The position numbers and the translations under genes were made by a program. Source: Raphidiopsis brookii D9 (lineage in GTDB: Bacteria > Cyanobacteriota > Cyanobacteriia > Cyanobacteriales > Nostocaceae). Taken from it: 32,000 nucleotides of DNA. Where the stretch lies: contig ACYB01000016.1 of NCBI GenBank assembly GCA_000175855.1, forward strand, positions 30,001-62,000. The letters run 5' to 3'. The notes below the pieces were generated by a model that searched no databases, had not been told where the DNA came from, and was given only the letters and a program-made list of their open reading frames with translations. Shown one piece after another: positions 12,239 to 22,599 of the stretch; the first letter of the stretch is position 1, and each line of letters begins with the position of its first letter.

Positions 12239-12925
12239 ATGATGCCTTCTCATGGCTCCCGTGTTCTGGTGATTGAACCTGATGAAACTCTGGCCAGTCA
12301 ATTGGGCTTTGATCTTCAAGAGGCTGGATATGAGGCTATTATAGCTACTGATGCTAATAGCGGTTTGCATAAATGTCGAGATTTACAACCGGCTTTAATA
12401 GTTGTAGATAGAATGTTGCCAGGAGAGTCTGGATTATCTTTTTGTAAAAACCTTCGTGCCACTGGCAATACTAAGCCGGTTCTAATATTAATGGCTAGGG
12501 ACGCGATGGATGATCGTGTGGCCTGCCTGGAAGCGGGTGCAGACGATTACATTCTTAAGCCTTACCGTTCCGAGGAATTTTCCAAGCTGATTAGTTTATA
12601 TCTAAAACCGGATATTGACAGTAGTGAACAGTTACGCTTTGTAGATTTAGTCCTAGATATTGGTACCCGTCGCGCTATCTATAACAATAAAGCCATTGAT
12701 TTAACAATGAAGGAATTTGAACTATTAAAGTTCTTTATGGAACATCCCCGAGAAGTTTTAACCCGGGAACAAATTTTGGAAAATGTTTGGGGTTATGACT
12801 TTGTTGGCGAGTCCAATGTGATTGAAGTATACATTCGCTACTTACGATTGAAAATCGAGGAAAATGGACAAAAGCGTTTGATTCAAACAGTGCGAGGTGT
12901 GGGATATGTATTAAGGGAGCATTGA
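12239..12925 (+). CDS. nblR: OmpR/PhoB-type response regulator, NblR-like
   Basis: Receiver domain (VLVIEPDE, VVDRMLPGESG, KPYRSEE) plus winged helix (TMKEFELLKFFMEHPREVLTREQILENVWGYD...RTVRGVGYVL). The NblR assignment is by sequence resemblance and is not certain. Confidence 0.7.
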   Translation: MMPSHGSRVLVIEPDETLASQLGFDLQEAGYEAIIATDANSGLHKCRDLQPALIVVDRMLPGESGLSFCKNLRATGNTKPVLILMARDAMDDRVACLEAGADDYILKPYRSEEFSKLISLYLKPDIDSSEQLRFVDLVLDIGTRRAIYNNKAIDLTMKEFELLKFFMEHPREVLTREQILENVWGYDFVGESNVIEVYIRYLRLKIEENGQKRLIQTVRGVGYVLREH

Positions 12926-13003
12926 GTCCTAGGTAGAAAAAAATTTTGTTTAGCCTATTGCCAAAACAGAAAACTAGGCTATAATAGGAAAGTTGATGAA
13001 AAA

Positions 13004-13087
13004 GGGCGGATGGCGAAACTGGTAGACGCACCACACTCAAAATGTGGCGACCTTGCGGTCATAGGAGTTCGATTCTCCTTCTGCCCA
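13004..13087 (+). tRNA. tRNA-Leu(CAA)
   Basis: GGGCGGATGGCGAAACTGGTAGACGC...CCACACTCAAAATGTGG...long variable arm...GGAGTTCGATTCTCCTTCTGCCCA. Confidence 0.95.
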
Positions 13088-13163
13088 TCAGTTAGGTATT
13101 ACTACAAATACTAGTTAAATATAGGGCACGCCAGCACAAGTCAACGTGCCCAATCTGAACGGT

Positions 13164-13601
13164 TTAGATGCCAATAGCTGCTAAAACATCGCTAGCATGA
13201 GTGGAAGTATTAACCGTAGTGTCAACGTGGGCAATCTCGCCATTTGGATTTATAATGTAGGTAACGCGTTTAGCATAACCGCCGCCATCCACATCGTAAG
13301 CTTTTATTAAAGCTTTATCGGTATCAGCTAATAGGGGAAAATTGAGATTATATTTAGTGGTGAATGTTTGATGGGAAATCTCATCATCAGCACTTACTCC
13401 TAGAACTACTATATCTTTCCCTTGGTAGTCACTTTGGGCATCCCGAAAACTGCAAGCTTGTTTGGTGCATCCAGGAGTGTCATCTTTGGGATAAAAATAT
13501 AGAACTACAGTTTTACCGGCAAAATCAGATAGTGACACTGTGTTGCCGTTTGTATCCTTGGTGGTAAATGCAGGTGCTTTTGTACCAACTGATAATGCCA
13601 T
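13164..13601 (-). CDS. bcp: Thioredoxin-dependent peroxiredoxin, Bcp/PrxQ type
   Basis: FAGKTVVLYFYPKDDTPGCTKQACSFRD active-site motif. Confidence 0.93.
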   Translation of the reverse strand: MALSVGTKAPAFTTKDTNGNTVSLSDFAGKTVVLYFYPKDDTPGCTKQACSFRDAQSDYQGKDIVVLGVSADDEISHQTFTTKYNLNFPLLADTDKALIKAYDVDGGGYAKRVTYIINPNGEIAHVDTTVNTSTHASDVLAAIGI

Positions 13602-13689
13602 ACTTGACCTTTCCTGTGTGAGAATATGATAAACCCGATTATATATTTTTTAAACACTATTATCAATCTTTGGGGGGGATTTTGGGAAA

Positions 13690-15555
13690 ATGCACCATAG
13701 GAATTGTCTAGAAGTTCACAATTTACAAGTAGAATTTTCTGGGGATGGTGCCCAGGTACAAGCTATTAATGGCATTAGTTTTGATCTACCCCAAGGTCAA
13801 ACCCTGGGAATAGTTGGTGAGTCTGGTAGTGGTAAATCAGTCACAGCTCTGACAATTATGGGTTTATTGCCATACCCTGGTCAGGTAACTGGAGGACAAA
13901 TTTTATTCCGCAATCAAAAAAATGCCCAACCCCTAGATTTATTAGCTCTACCCTCACGGGAAATCCAGCTTTACCGTGGTGGGGATATGGCAATGATTTT
14001 TCAAGAACCAATGACTTCCCTCAATCCGGTTTATAACATTGGTTTTCAGTTAACAGAAGCAATTGAGCGCCATCAAAATGTCACCCTAGCTGAAGCTAAA
14101 AGAATCGCGATCGCCCGATTACAGGAAGTAAAGCTATTACCCAAGGATGAAAACATTAAACAGCAGTATTTAGAAAACTGGCATCAAACCCATCTCAAAA
14201 CGCCACTACCTAGTGATTATCAATTAGCACAACTAGTGAAAGAGTATAAAATGGCAATGCTAGAACGCTACCCCCATGAGTTATCAGGAGGTCAGTTGCA
14301 AAGGGTTATGATTGCCATGGCTATTTGTTGTAATCCATCTTTGTTAATTGCTGATGAACCGACAACTGCTTTAGATGTGACAGTTCAAGCGACGATTATG
14401 GAACTGATGAGAGAACTCCAAAAAAGTCGTAATATGGCTATGATTTTCATCAGTCATGATTTAGGACTAGTTGCTGAAATTGCCGATCAAGTAGCAGTGA
14501 TGTATAAGGGTAAAATTGTTGAGTGTGGTTTGGCATCACAAATTTTCACCCATCCCCAGCACCCATATACTAAGGGTTTAGTAGCTTGTCGTCCCACTCT
14601 TAACCAGCGACCACAAAAATTGCTGACAGTTTCCGACTATATGATAGTACAAAGATACCCCAATGGAGAACTGATTATTAAATCAAAAGAACCGAATATC
14701 CCTCGAGAAATTACCCCAGCAGAAATTGAAACACGAATAGATGATTTAACCAGAAAATCCCCACTTTTACAAATTCATAATCTCAAGGTAGGTTTTCCTG
14801 TTCGCGGTTTGTTGGGCGGTAATAAACGATATCATATAGCTGTGAATGGTGTTTCCTTTGATGTCTATCCAGGAGAAACTTTAGGTTTAGTGGGAGAATC
14901 GGGTTGTGGTAAAACTACCTTGGGTAGAACCTTGATCAGATTAATTCAACCCATGGCGGGAAAAATTATATTTGAAGGAGAAAACATCACTAATTTTTCA
15001 GGAACTCAATTACAGACCCTGAGAAAACAGATGCAAATAATTTTTCAAAACCCTTTTAGTTCCCTCGACCCAAGAATCAAAATTGGTGCAGCAATTATGG
15101 AACCATTGTTAATTCATTCCGTGGGGAAAACTAAACAACAGCGCCAGGAGATTGTTGTCCAACTTTTAGAACGAGTGGGATTAAGTGCAGATGATATGAA
15201 TCGCTATCCCCATCAATTTTCTGGTGGTCAACGTCAGCGTATTTGTATAGCCCGGTCTTTGGCACTAAATCCTAAATTTATTATTTGCGATGAGTCGGTT
15301 TCCGCTCTTGATGTCTCCGTTCAAGCTCAGGTGTTAAATCTATTGAAGGAATTACAACAGGAATTTCAATTAACTTATATTTTCATTTCCCATGATTTAA
15401 GTGTGGTCAAATTTATGAGCGATCGCATTTTGGTGATGAATGAAGGTAGGATTGTGGAAGTTGGTACGTCTGAAAATATTTATCGTCATCCAAAGGAAGA
15501 ATATACACGGAAACTAATTGCTGCTATTCCCCGGGGAAATACTAACCACAATTAA
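13690..15555 (+). CDS. Fused di/oligopeptide (or nickel) ABC transporter ATP-binding protein (DppD-DppF type)
   Basis: Two ABC domains: GESGSGKSV...LSGGQLQRVMIAMA and GESGCGKTTLGR...FSGGQRQRICIARSLA, with RYPH(E/Q) motifs typical of the family. Confidence 0.93.
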   Translation: MHHRNCLEVHNLQVEFSGDGAQVQAINGISFDLPQGQTLGIVGESGSGKSVTALTIMGLLPYPGQVTGGQILFRNQKNAQPLDLLALPSREIQLYRGGDMAMIFQEPMTSLNPVYNIGFQLTEAIERHQNVTLAEAKRIAIARLQEVKLLPKDENIKQQYLENWHQTHLKTPLPSDYQLAQLVKEYKMAMLERYPHELSGGQLQRVMIAMAICCNPSLLIADEPTTALDVTVQATIMELMRELQKSRNMAMIFISHDLGLVAEIADQVAVMYKGKIVECGLASQIFTHPQHPYTKGLVACRPTLNQRPQKLLTVSDYMIVQRYPNGELIIKSKEPNIPREITPAEIETRIDDLTRKSPLLQIHNLKVGFPVRGLLGGNKRYHIAVNGVSFDVYPGETLGLVGESGCGKTTLGRTLIRLIQPMAGKIIFEGENITNFSGTQLQTLRKQMQIIFQNPFSSLDPRIKIGAAIMEPLLIHSVGKTKQQRQEIVVQLLERVGLSADDMNRYPHQFSGGQRQRICIARSLALNPKFIICDESVSALDVSVQAQVLNLLKELQQEFQLTYIFISHDLSVVKFMSDRILVMNEGRIVEVGTSENIYRHPKEEYTRKLIAAIPRGNTNHN

Positions 15556-16343
15556 ACTACTAACCTCCAGCTAACCATAACTAGAATACTATAGATAACT
15601 AGTTTGAGGGGACGTTGTGGAGTGATTTGGCAGAGTTTTGAACCCACTATTACCCCTGGGACTGAACCTAACCATATTGGCAATACTAAACTCCAATCCA
15701 CCGTTCCCAAGGTCAAGTGACCCAAGGAGGTAAATATTAATAGGATTGCTGCTTGGGTAATATCTGTGCCTACTAACTTTTGAGCATCTAAGCTAAACAA
15801 AGTAACCAATACCAATGCGAACATAGAACCAGATGAAACACTAGTCATACCGACGCAAAAGCCCAAAATTGCCCCGACTAACAAGGTCAAAAAACGACCT
15901 TGATGAGTTTTGAGATTTAATCCTGGTGGATCAGGTAAATTCAATTGGGGGAAGAATGTCACTAGTAGCATTTGCGTCAAAGCTGCTAGTGTTACTATTA
16001 AAATCATTATTCCTAGTGACTTTAATAATATACCATCTATCTGATACCCATTAGTTCTAAGTTGATGTAAAACCCCCACACCTATCAGTGAACCGGAAAC
16101 ACTACCCATGGCTAACCATTTGACTATTTCTGTGTCCAGGGTTTTCTGTTGCCAATGCTTAATCCCACCCACTACTTTCATTAATGTAGCAGCTACAACA
16201 TCTGAACTGATCGCAATGGATGGTGGAACTTGAAAAATAAAGATCAACATAGGAGTGATCAAAGATGCACCACCTATTCCTGTTAAACCAACAATAGTGC
16301 CAATAAAAAAGCTCAAAACCGGTAGTAGCAACAAGTTATCCAT
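15552..16343 (-). CDS. Sulfite exporter TauE/SafE (TSUP) family membrane protein
   Basis: FFIGTIVGLTGIGGASLITPML and repeated GxxxGxxSVSSG-type TSUP half repeats. Confidence 0.85.
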   Translation of the reverse strand: MDNLLLLPVLSFFIGTIVGLTGIGGASLITPMLIFIFQVPPSIAISSDVVAATLMKVVGGIKHWQQKTLDTEIVKWLAMGSVSGSLIGVGVLHQLRTNGYQIDGILLKSLGIMILIVTLAALTQMLLVTFFPQLNLPDPPGLNLKTHQGRFLTLLVGAILGFCVGMTSVSSGSMFALVLVTLFSLDAQKLVGTDITQAAILLIFTSLGHLTLGTVDWSLVLPIWLGSVPGVIVGSKLCQITPQRPLKLVIYSILVMVSWRLVV

Positions 16344-17093
16344 ATTTCTTCCTCATCAACCCAGGACCACCCTGGAAACCCTTAATTAATTATTTCAGTT
16401 ATTTCAACTGGCAAACTACAAGACTGAGTATATTAGCTTAACATACATCTGGGTTTGAAGCCATAGTAAATTCCTAAAACTCGATCGGATTACCGTATTT
16501 AATTATAGTAGGGTTAAAAGTCAAGTGTCAATACCTGGCAAATGTTATTTTTGGGTTATTTCTTTGGATCAGGTGCGAATGCTATTATCGTCATCCCCAA
16601 TAAGAATTTACAGGACAATGTTTTTTGTCATTTGAGTGGAAATATAAACAACTCTTTTAGGTGATTGTTTATTGGTTGAATGTAATGATTAAACCTGGAT
16701 AACAAATCGATAAAAAATAGACGTAAAACAGGAGGATTAAAGTAGTCACACCGAGAATACCAAGCAGAAAAGAGTAAGGAGCTGAACGTAATTTGAGAAT
16801 TAATTCCCGCAAACTCCGACATGATTTAGCACCTTAATGACTACTCAATAAAATTTTTAAAAAAACCTGAAAAACCTTGCGCGAGCAAAACAAATAATGT
16901 AAGATGCCTGATACAGAGGTATAGCTGATATCTCATAAATATTTGCTAAACCCTTGATAGTAATTACACCGACAACCATATATTCTGATTGGATAAGGTG
17001 TCTTTATTTTTTCAAGATTTATAGTTTTCAATAGTTTTAGTCCGGTTAACTTACCCAATTAACTTACATAAGTTATAAATAGTGGAGGAAAAA

Positions 17094-17929
17094 TTGAGTG
17101 TACTAGCGTTTTCCTTATTAATTTGGATTGGATCTTTTACTGCTGGTTTAGTAGGATCCTTAACGGGGTTAGGAGGGGGGATTATTATAGTCCCCTATTA
17201 ACCTCCGTATTTGGTGTTGATATTCGTTACGCTATAGGTGCTTCTCTGGTTTCAGTTATTGCTACATCTTTGGGATCGGCATCTACATACATTAAAAAAG
17301 GATTTACTAACATTAGATTAGGAATGTTTTTGGAAGTTGCTACCACCACTGGCGCAATCATTGGTGCCCTGATGGCTACCTTTATTTCTGTTAAATTCTT
17401 AACCATCATTTTGGCATTTGTCCTAATTTATTCAGCATATTTGTCCCAAAGTCCAAAATCGGAATATCAAGAAGTTGCGACACCAGATACCCTAGCTGAA
17501 TACTTAGAATTAAATGGTACTTACCCCATTAGCGATGGTGTAATACCTTACTATGTTAACTGCTTACCTGCTGGTTTTAGCATTATGTTATTGGCAGGAA
17601 TTCTGTCTGGTTTATTAGGTATTGGTTCTGGAGCGTTTAAGGTTTTAGCAATGGACCAAGTAATGCGTCTACCCTTTAAAGTTTCTACTACAACCAGCAA
17701 CTTTATGATTGGTGTAACAGCGGCAACATCGGCTGGCGTATATTTGAGTAGGGGATATATAGATCCTGGCTTGTCTATGCCAGTCATGTTAGGAGTTTTA
17801 CCTGGTGCATTTTTGGGAGCCAGAATTTTAATTGGTGCTAAAACCCAAACCATCAGAATTATCTTCAGTATCATCTTAATAGTGATGGCACTAAAAATGG
17901 TCTATAACGGTTTAACAGGGGGAGTTTAA
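17094..17929 (+). CDS. Second TSUP-family permease, apparent frameshift at ~17192-17195
   Basis: Upstream frame from TTG 17094: LSVLAFSLLIWIGSFTAGLVGSLTGLGGGIIIVPY*; downstream frame continues LLTSVFGVDIRYAIGASLVSVIATS... Restoring one C in the CCCC tract joins them. Confidence 0.8.
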
Positions 17930-17933
17930 TAAC

Positions 17934-18512
17934 ATGTATAAATTAAATTCTGGTTTTAGATGGACTTCATCAGCGGAAATAGAAATCGAATTAATGGGAC
18001 TGGTTCTGATTCCAGAAGAAATTGATTCTGACATTCAACAATTAGAACAACAACAGCTTAGTCGCAATAATACTACTGACTTTAACAGCAATTACGCTAA
18101 TACTAATGGAGAGATTACTAGTTTTCAAAAACTTAGTAAATCGCAAGATGAACAAGAACTAGAAGATATCCTCAGTAATTTACTCAAGCATGGGGTGTTA
18201 ATTGCCAGTACTGTTGTGTTTATGGGAGGAATATTGTACCTAATCCGTCATGGTTTGGAACCTGCTGATTATCACATATTCAGGGGCACACCACCCCAGT
18301 TTTGTTCACCTAGTGGTGTCATAACTACCATTTTTGCTGGTAGTGGAAGGGGAATAATTCAACTAGGACTTCTAATCTTGATTTCTGTACCTATTTTACG
18401 CGTGGTTATTTCCTTTTTAGTTTTTATGTTCCAAAGAAAATTTACTTATGTGGTGATGACCTTACTGGTACTTGCTACTATTAGTTATAGTTTGGTAAGT
18501 GCTTATTTGTAA
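17934..18512 (+). CDS. DUF1634 membrane protein, likely co-transcribed with the TSUP gene
   Basis: Three hydrophobic segments with LLKHGVLIASTVVFMGGILYLIRHG...FRGTPPQFCSPSG...IQLGLLILISVPILRVVISF; the gene lies 4 nt after the TSUP ORF. Confidence 0.8.
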   Translation: MYKLNSGFRWTSSAEIEIELMGLVLIPEEIDSDIQQLEQQQLSRNNTTDFNSNYANTNGEITSFQKLSKSQDEQELEDILSNLLKHGVLIASTVVFMGGILYLIRHGLEPADYHIFRGTPPQFCSPSGVITTIFAGSGRGIIQLGLLILISVPILRVVISFLVFMFQRKFTYVVMTLLVLATISYSLVSAYL

Positions 18513-18534
18513 TACCGAGAAATACCTGTACTTT

Positions 18535-18984
18535 TCACCGAACCTCACATTCCCGTTTAGTAATAAAATGACGGTAGCGAAACATTGCTTCCAATTGCAG
18601 TTGAACCAACCACCCACCTACTAATTCTAGTGTTTCAGCACCAGGGAGAGAATATTTAATATTATCACTTAATCTTGTTTGACCATTTTCTTCTATAAAC
18701 TCATGACGATGTACCCATAAATCAAAAGGTCCTGACACCTGTTCATCAGTAAACAGTTGATATTTCTCACATTCAGTATGACGCGCTAACCAGGTCAGAG
18801 GTACTACCCCCATCAATAATCTAAATTCCGTGATAGCACCTTTATTGAGTCCTCCCTCCCGACGTAACACTTGCACAGGTTGCCAAGGAGGAGTCAGGAG
18901 CTTTAAAACATCCTGTCTCTCATGGAATTCCCAAACTACTTGGACTGGTGCATTGATAATTGAAGAATGAGAAAAGTGTAACAT
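18535..18984 (-). CDS. SRPBCC-family (cyclase/dehydrase-like) protein
   Basis: FSHSSIINAPVQVVWEFHERQDVLKLLTPPWQPVQVL...GPFDLWVHRHEF. Confidence 0.8.
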   Translation of the reverse strand: MLHFSHSSIINAPVQVVWEFHERQDVLKLLTPPWQPVQVLRREGGLNKGAITEFRLLMGVVPLTWLARHTECEKYQLFTDEQVSGPFDLWVHRHEFIEENGQTRLSDNIKYSLPGAETLELVGGWLVQLQLEAMFRYRHFITKRECEVR

Positions 18985-19009
18985 GAATAAAACCTAAATT
19001 GAATTTTTT

Positions 19010-20650
19010 CTACCTGTTGACTTTAAGTGGGGAAAGAGAACGAAAATCACTAGTTGCTATTTCTAAATGTTTAATTAGCGTAGATGGTGGTAATGGTCCT
19101 TGTAGGTGATTCCAGGGAAGAATTTGCTGAGGTGACCAGTGACTATGAACGTAAAAGTCTAAATCGGGAATTTTACCTTTTAATTCCTTAAATGCTCGTT
19201 TATAACTTCCTAAAGAATCACCAAAATTACGAGTTAGTTCTAACAAATAAGAAAGACGACGGTCTCCTCTAGATAACAAAGACTGAATCACGGACCAATT
19301 ATAACTTTCGGGACGAAAATCTATACCTTGGGGTTTTAGTTGTTTTTGTAAAAACTGTAACTTCTTTTCTGCACTCTTGTTAACTCCAAACCATTGAAAC
19401 GGAGTATGGGATTTAGGAACAAAGGTGCTACATCCTAGAGTTAATCGTAATCCGGGAGTAGCCTTTTTTATATCTGTCATCATAGTCACCGTAGCATCTA
19501 AATCTTCAGGTTCCTCACCGGGAACACCTACCATGCTATATAATTTTAACGCTGATAAACCCCCAGCTTTAGCATTAATAGCAGCTTGGATAATTTCTTG
19601 ATTATCTAATTTTTTATTAATAATCTGGCGGAGTTTTTCCGAACCACTTTCTACAGCAATGGTCAAAGAATGGCAATCTCTTTTTGCTAAAGTATGAGCT
19701 AACTTTTGGGTAACCGTATTGGTTCTTACAGAAGCAACACTCAATCGCACATTATCATATTGAGGTTGACTAATATAATCCAAAAGGTTAGAAAATTCTG
19801 GATGTTGAGTTACAGATGCGCCCAGTAAACCCAGACGATTAGTAATTTTTAAACCCTGTTCAATAGCAGGAATTAAAGAACCTTCCAAACTGGCGGTTCT
19901 AAAGGGCAAAGTTAAATAACTGGCTAAACAAAACCGACACATTTCCGGACAACTGCGTACTACCTCCACCATGAAAATATTTTCCCATGCTGCTTTTTCT
20001 GTCACCACTGTCGAAACCGAGAGCTTGTTTCCTCTATAGGTCTGCTTGTGAACAACGGGAGGAATATCAACCTCGAGAGGGTAAATAGCCTTTATTTCCC
20101 CATCTTTGCCCAAATATTCAACATCATATAAACTGGGAATATAGATTCCCGGTACTTGAGCTAAGGTTCTAAGTTGAACACTTTTAGGAGCTTGTCTAAC
20201 CTGCTTATAACAATCAATAAAACTCTCTAATAAAGTCTCTCCATCACCCAATAGCACCACATCAAAAAAATCAGCAAAGGGTTCGGGATTAGCTGTTAAA
20301 ACCGGCCCACCACCAAAAACCAGCGGATGTTCCAAACCCCGATGACTTGCACGCACAGGAATTTGCAAAGACTCTAAAATTTGCAAGATGTTCACATAAT
20401 CCAATTCCCAGGACATGGAAAAACCAATAATTTCTGCTTGTCTAGGAAGAGGTTCTTGCACATCGGTAAATAAGCGACTTACTTGTAGATCATTGCGCAT
20501 CGCTAAAGTTGCCCACACCACCTGATAACCAAGACTAGTGATACCCACAGTGTATTCGTTGGGGAAAGCAAAAATCACAGGGATAGGATTAGTGGTGGGT
20601 TGAGCTGGGGTAAATAATAGACGTTCGGACTCAAATACGGATGATGTCAC
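19010..20650 (-). CDS. B12-binding-like radical SAM protein
   Basis: CPEMCRFCLASYLTLPFR (CxxxCxxC), preceded by FGGGPVLTANPEPFADFFDVVLLGDGE. Confidence 0.88.
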   Translation of the reverse strand: MTSSVFESERLLFTPAQPTTNPIPVIFAFPNEYTVGITSLGYQVVWATLAMRNDLQVSRLFTDVQEPLPRQAEIIGFSMSWELDYVNILQILESLQIPVRASHRGLEHPLVFGGGPVLTANPEPFADFFDVVLLGDGETLLESFIDCYKQVRQAPKSVQLRTLAQVPGIYIPSLYDVEYLGKDGEIKAIYPLEVDIPPVVHKQTYRGNKLSVSTVVTEKAAWENIFMVEVVRSCPEMCRFCLASYLTLPFRTASLEGSLIPAIEQGLKITNRLGLLGASVTQHPEFSNLLDYISQPQYDNVRLSVASVRTNTVTQKLAHTLAKRDCHSLTIAVESGSEKLRQIINKKLDNQEIIQAAINAKAGGLSALKLYSMVGVPGEEPEDLDATVTMMTDIKKATPGLRLTLGCSTFVPKSHTPFQWFGVNKSAEKKLQFLQKQLKPQGIDFRPESYNWSVIQSLLSRGDRRLSYLLELTRNFGDSLGSYKRAFKELKGKIPDLDFYVHSHWSPQQILPWNHLQGPLPPSTLIKHLEIATSDFRSLSPLKVNR

Positions 20651-20689
20651 GGATGTGCAATAGTTTGTTCTACTGATATCCCCATTATA

Positions 20690-21730
20690 TCACAATATTT
20701 TACTGGTAAAATCTAAAATGTGGTGTGCCGTAATTTCTGGCTTTTCCACGTGGGGAATGTGACCACAATCAGGAATCCAAATTAATTGACTTTGGGGAAT
20801 TGCTTGTCTAAATTTCTCTCCATCCTTTGTCCCTAGTATTCTATCACTGTCTCCCCATAAAATTAGGGTCGGTTGCCCAATTTTCCCTAACTGCTGTAAT
20901 TTAAAGGCTTGATAACCACCACTTTGGGTAAAGGTAATTAATGATTCCTTCCAATTTGCCATTTCTATGTGCAGGTCACGACAACATAAGGTGTCATCAT
21001 TAATTAAACTGGGATTTTTGTAAGCAGAGCGACAAATGCGATCGCGCACTTGGGAATTACGCAAAAACTCTGCTGCTAATGAGTATAATTGGGGGAACAT
21101 CAATTTACTTAGGGCCGAACCCCCTTTTAAACCAGCACTATCAATCAATATTAACTTTTGTACCAGTTCAGGATAGGTAAGGGCAAAATCGATAGCTGCT
21201 GCACCCCCCATAGAAGCTCCTAGCAAAATCACAGGTTGACCAATAAGGGTTTTCCAAAAATGATACAGATGGGTTTTAATCGCAGCAGGACTATAGCCAA
21301 TATCCCGTTGTCTTTCGGTAAAGCCAAACCCCAGTAAATCCACTGCCCAGGTTGGATGGGTAAGAGCTAACAAGGGCAAAAGTCGGCGAAACTCCAAAAC
21401 CGAACTGTCAAAACCATGAATTAATAATATGGGCGTGTTCCCACTACCCTGGAGGACATAGCTGGTCCTAATTGGTTGGGGACTTAAAGGAGTAATCATC
21501 TCCTCAATTTGGATACTTTGAGCTAAAGCTACAGAAGTTGGTTCCGAGAGTTGTTCAACAGCTGACGGCAAAAAATTGGTTTGAGAACCTGGCGGCTGAT
21601 TTTTGGACATTTTTGGACACTCCTGTTCGGTTTTAGGCAGAAGTGGGTAGACATTTACAAGCAGAACATAGAAGCTGGCTTTAGAGTTTGGGTGATAAGC
21701 CCAAATATCAAAATTTTGCCAGATCATCAT
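20690..21730 (-). CDS. Alpha/beta hydrolase
   Basis: ILLIHGFDSSVLEFRRLLPLL, GASMGGAAAIDFAL, ILWGDSDRILG, PDCGHIPHVEKPE. Confidence 0.88.
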   Translation of the reverse strand: MMIWQNFDIWAYHPNSKASFYVLLVNVYPLLPKTEQECPKMSKNQPPGSQTNFLPSAVEQLSEPTSVALAQSIQIEEMITPLSPQPIRTSYVLQGSGNTPILLIHGFDSSVLEFRRLLPLLALTHPTWAVDLLGFGFTERQRDIGYSPAAIKTHLYHFWKTLIGQPVILLGASMGGAAAIDFALTYPELVQKLILIDSAGLKGGSALSKLMFPQLYSLAAEFLRNSQVRDRICRSAYKNPSLINDDTLCCRDLHIEMANWKESLITFTQSGGYQAFKLQQLGKIGQPTLILWGDSDRILGTKDGEKFRQAIPQSQLIWIPDCGHIPHVEKPEITAHHILDFTSKIL

Positions 21731-21792
21731 TACATGTTACCAAATCCCCTACAATAAATATCACTGATACAGAAATTCAGGAGAGTTAAGCC

Positions 21793-22140
21793 ATGCCAAT
21801 GGCAGTTGGCGTTATCGAAACTTTAGGTTTTCCCGCAGTTTTGGCCGCAGCAGATGCTATGGTTAAGTCTGCTGCTGTCACAATCGTATACTATGGCATT
21901 GCAGAAAGTGGAAGGTTATTGGTTGCTGTTAGAGGACAGGTAGCAGAGGTGAAAACCGCTGTTGCAGCTGGAATAGCTTCCGAAGAAACTGTTTATGGTG
22001 GTCAGGTAATTACTCATTACATAGTTCCCAATCCACCGGAAAATGTGGAAACAATTCTACCTATCCATTTCACTTCTGAGTCTGAACCTTTTCGCTATTT
22101 TTTAACTTGTACCGGTAATTTTATTTATACAGGAGATTAG
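21793..22140 (+). CDS. ccmK3: BMC-domain carboxysome shell protein, CcmK3-like
   Basis: [32 protein letters not shown]...[15 protein letters not shown] domain; atypical paralog paired with a second ccmK. Confidence 0.8.
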   Translation: MPMAVGVIETLGFPAVLAAADAMVKSAAVTIVYYGIAESGRLLVAVRGQVAEVKTAVAAGIASEETVYGGQVITHYIVPNPPENVETILPIHFTSESEPFRYFLTCTGNFIYTGD

Positions 22141-22142
22141 TA

Positions 22143-22493
22143 ATGTCCCTACAGGCCGTTGGATCTTTAGAAACAAAGGGTTTTCCCGCAGTTTTAGCCG
22201 CAGCAGATGCTATGGTTAAAGCTGGAAGGGTAACTTTGGTCGGTTATATCCGAGTTGGTAGCGCCCGCTTTACAATCAATATTCGTGGTGATGTTTCTGA
22301 GGTGAAAACCGCCATGGCCGCTGGTGTGGAAGCAGCACAAAATGTCTATGGTGGTACTCTAGAATCCTGGGTAATTATCCCCCGTCCCCATGAAAACGTA
22401 GAAGCTGTCTTACCTATTGCTTACACGGATCAAGTCCAGCAATATCGAGATTCGGTGGAAAACCCCATCGTCCGCTCCTCCAGTGGTAGATAG
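22143..22493 (+). CDS. ccmK4: BMC-domain carboxysome shell protein, CcmK4-like
   Basis: [54 protein letters not shown]; starts 2 nt after the preceding ccmK. Confidence 0.8.
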   Translation: MSLQAVGSLETKGFPAVLAAADAMVKAGRVTLVGYIRVGSARFTINIRGDVSEVKTAMAAGVEAAQNVYGGTLESWVIIPRPHENVEAVLPIAYTDQVQQYRDSVENPIVRSSSGR

Positions 22494-22533
22494 TTCTTGT
22501 TAACTATCTTAAACCTATCTTTTTGGAATAAAA

Positions 22534-22599
22534 ATGATTTTTGTTAATGCCGACTTAAATGGTGCAGCAAATATTTTAGGCGATTTACCATGGAACTAA
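22534..22599 (+). pseudogene. Possible remnant of the C-terminus of an IS200/IS605-type TnpB protein
   Basis: Manual translation MIFVNADLNGAANILGDLPWN*; NADxNGAxNI resembles the TnpB C-terminal RuvC-III motif. Confidence 0.4.

Noticed and set aside
16628-16822. 64-aa minus strand ORF in the intergenic gap
   Set aside because: No recognisable motif or supporting SD; could not be supported from sequence alone.
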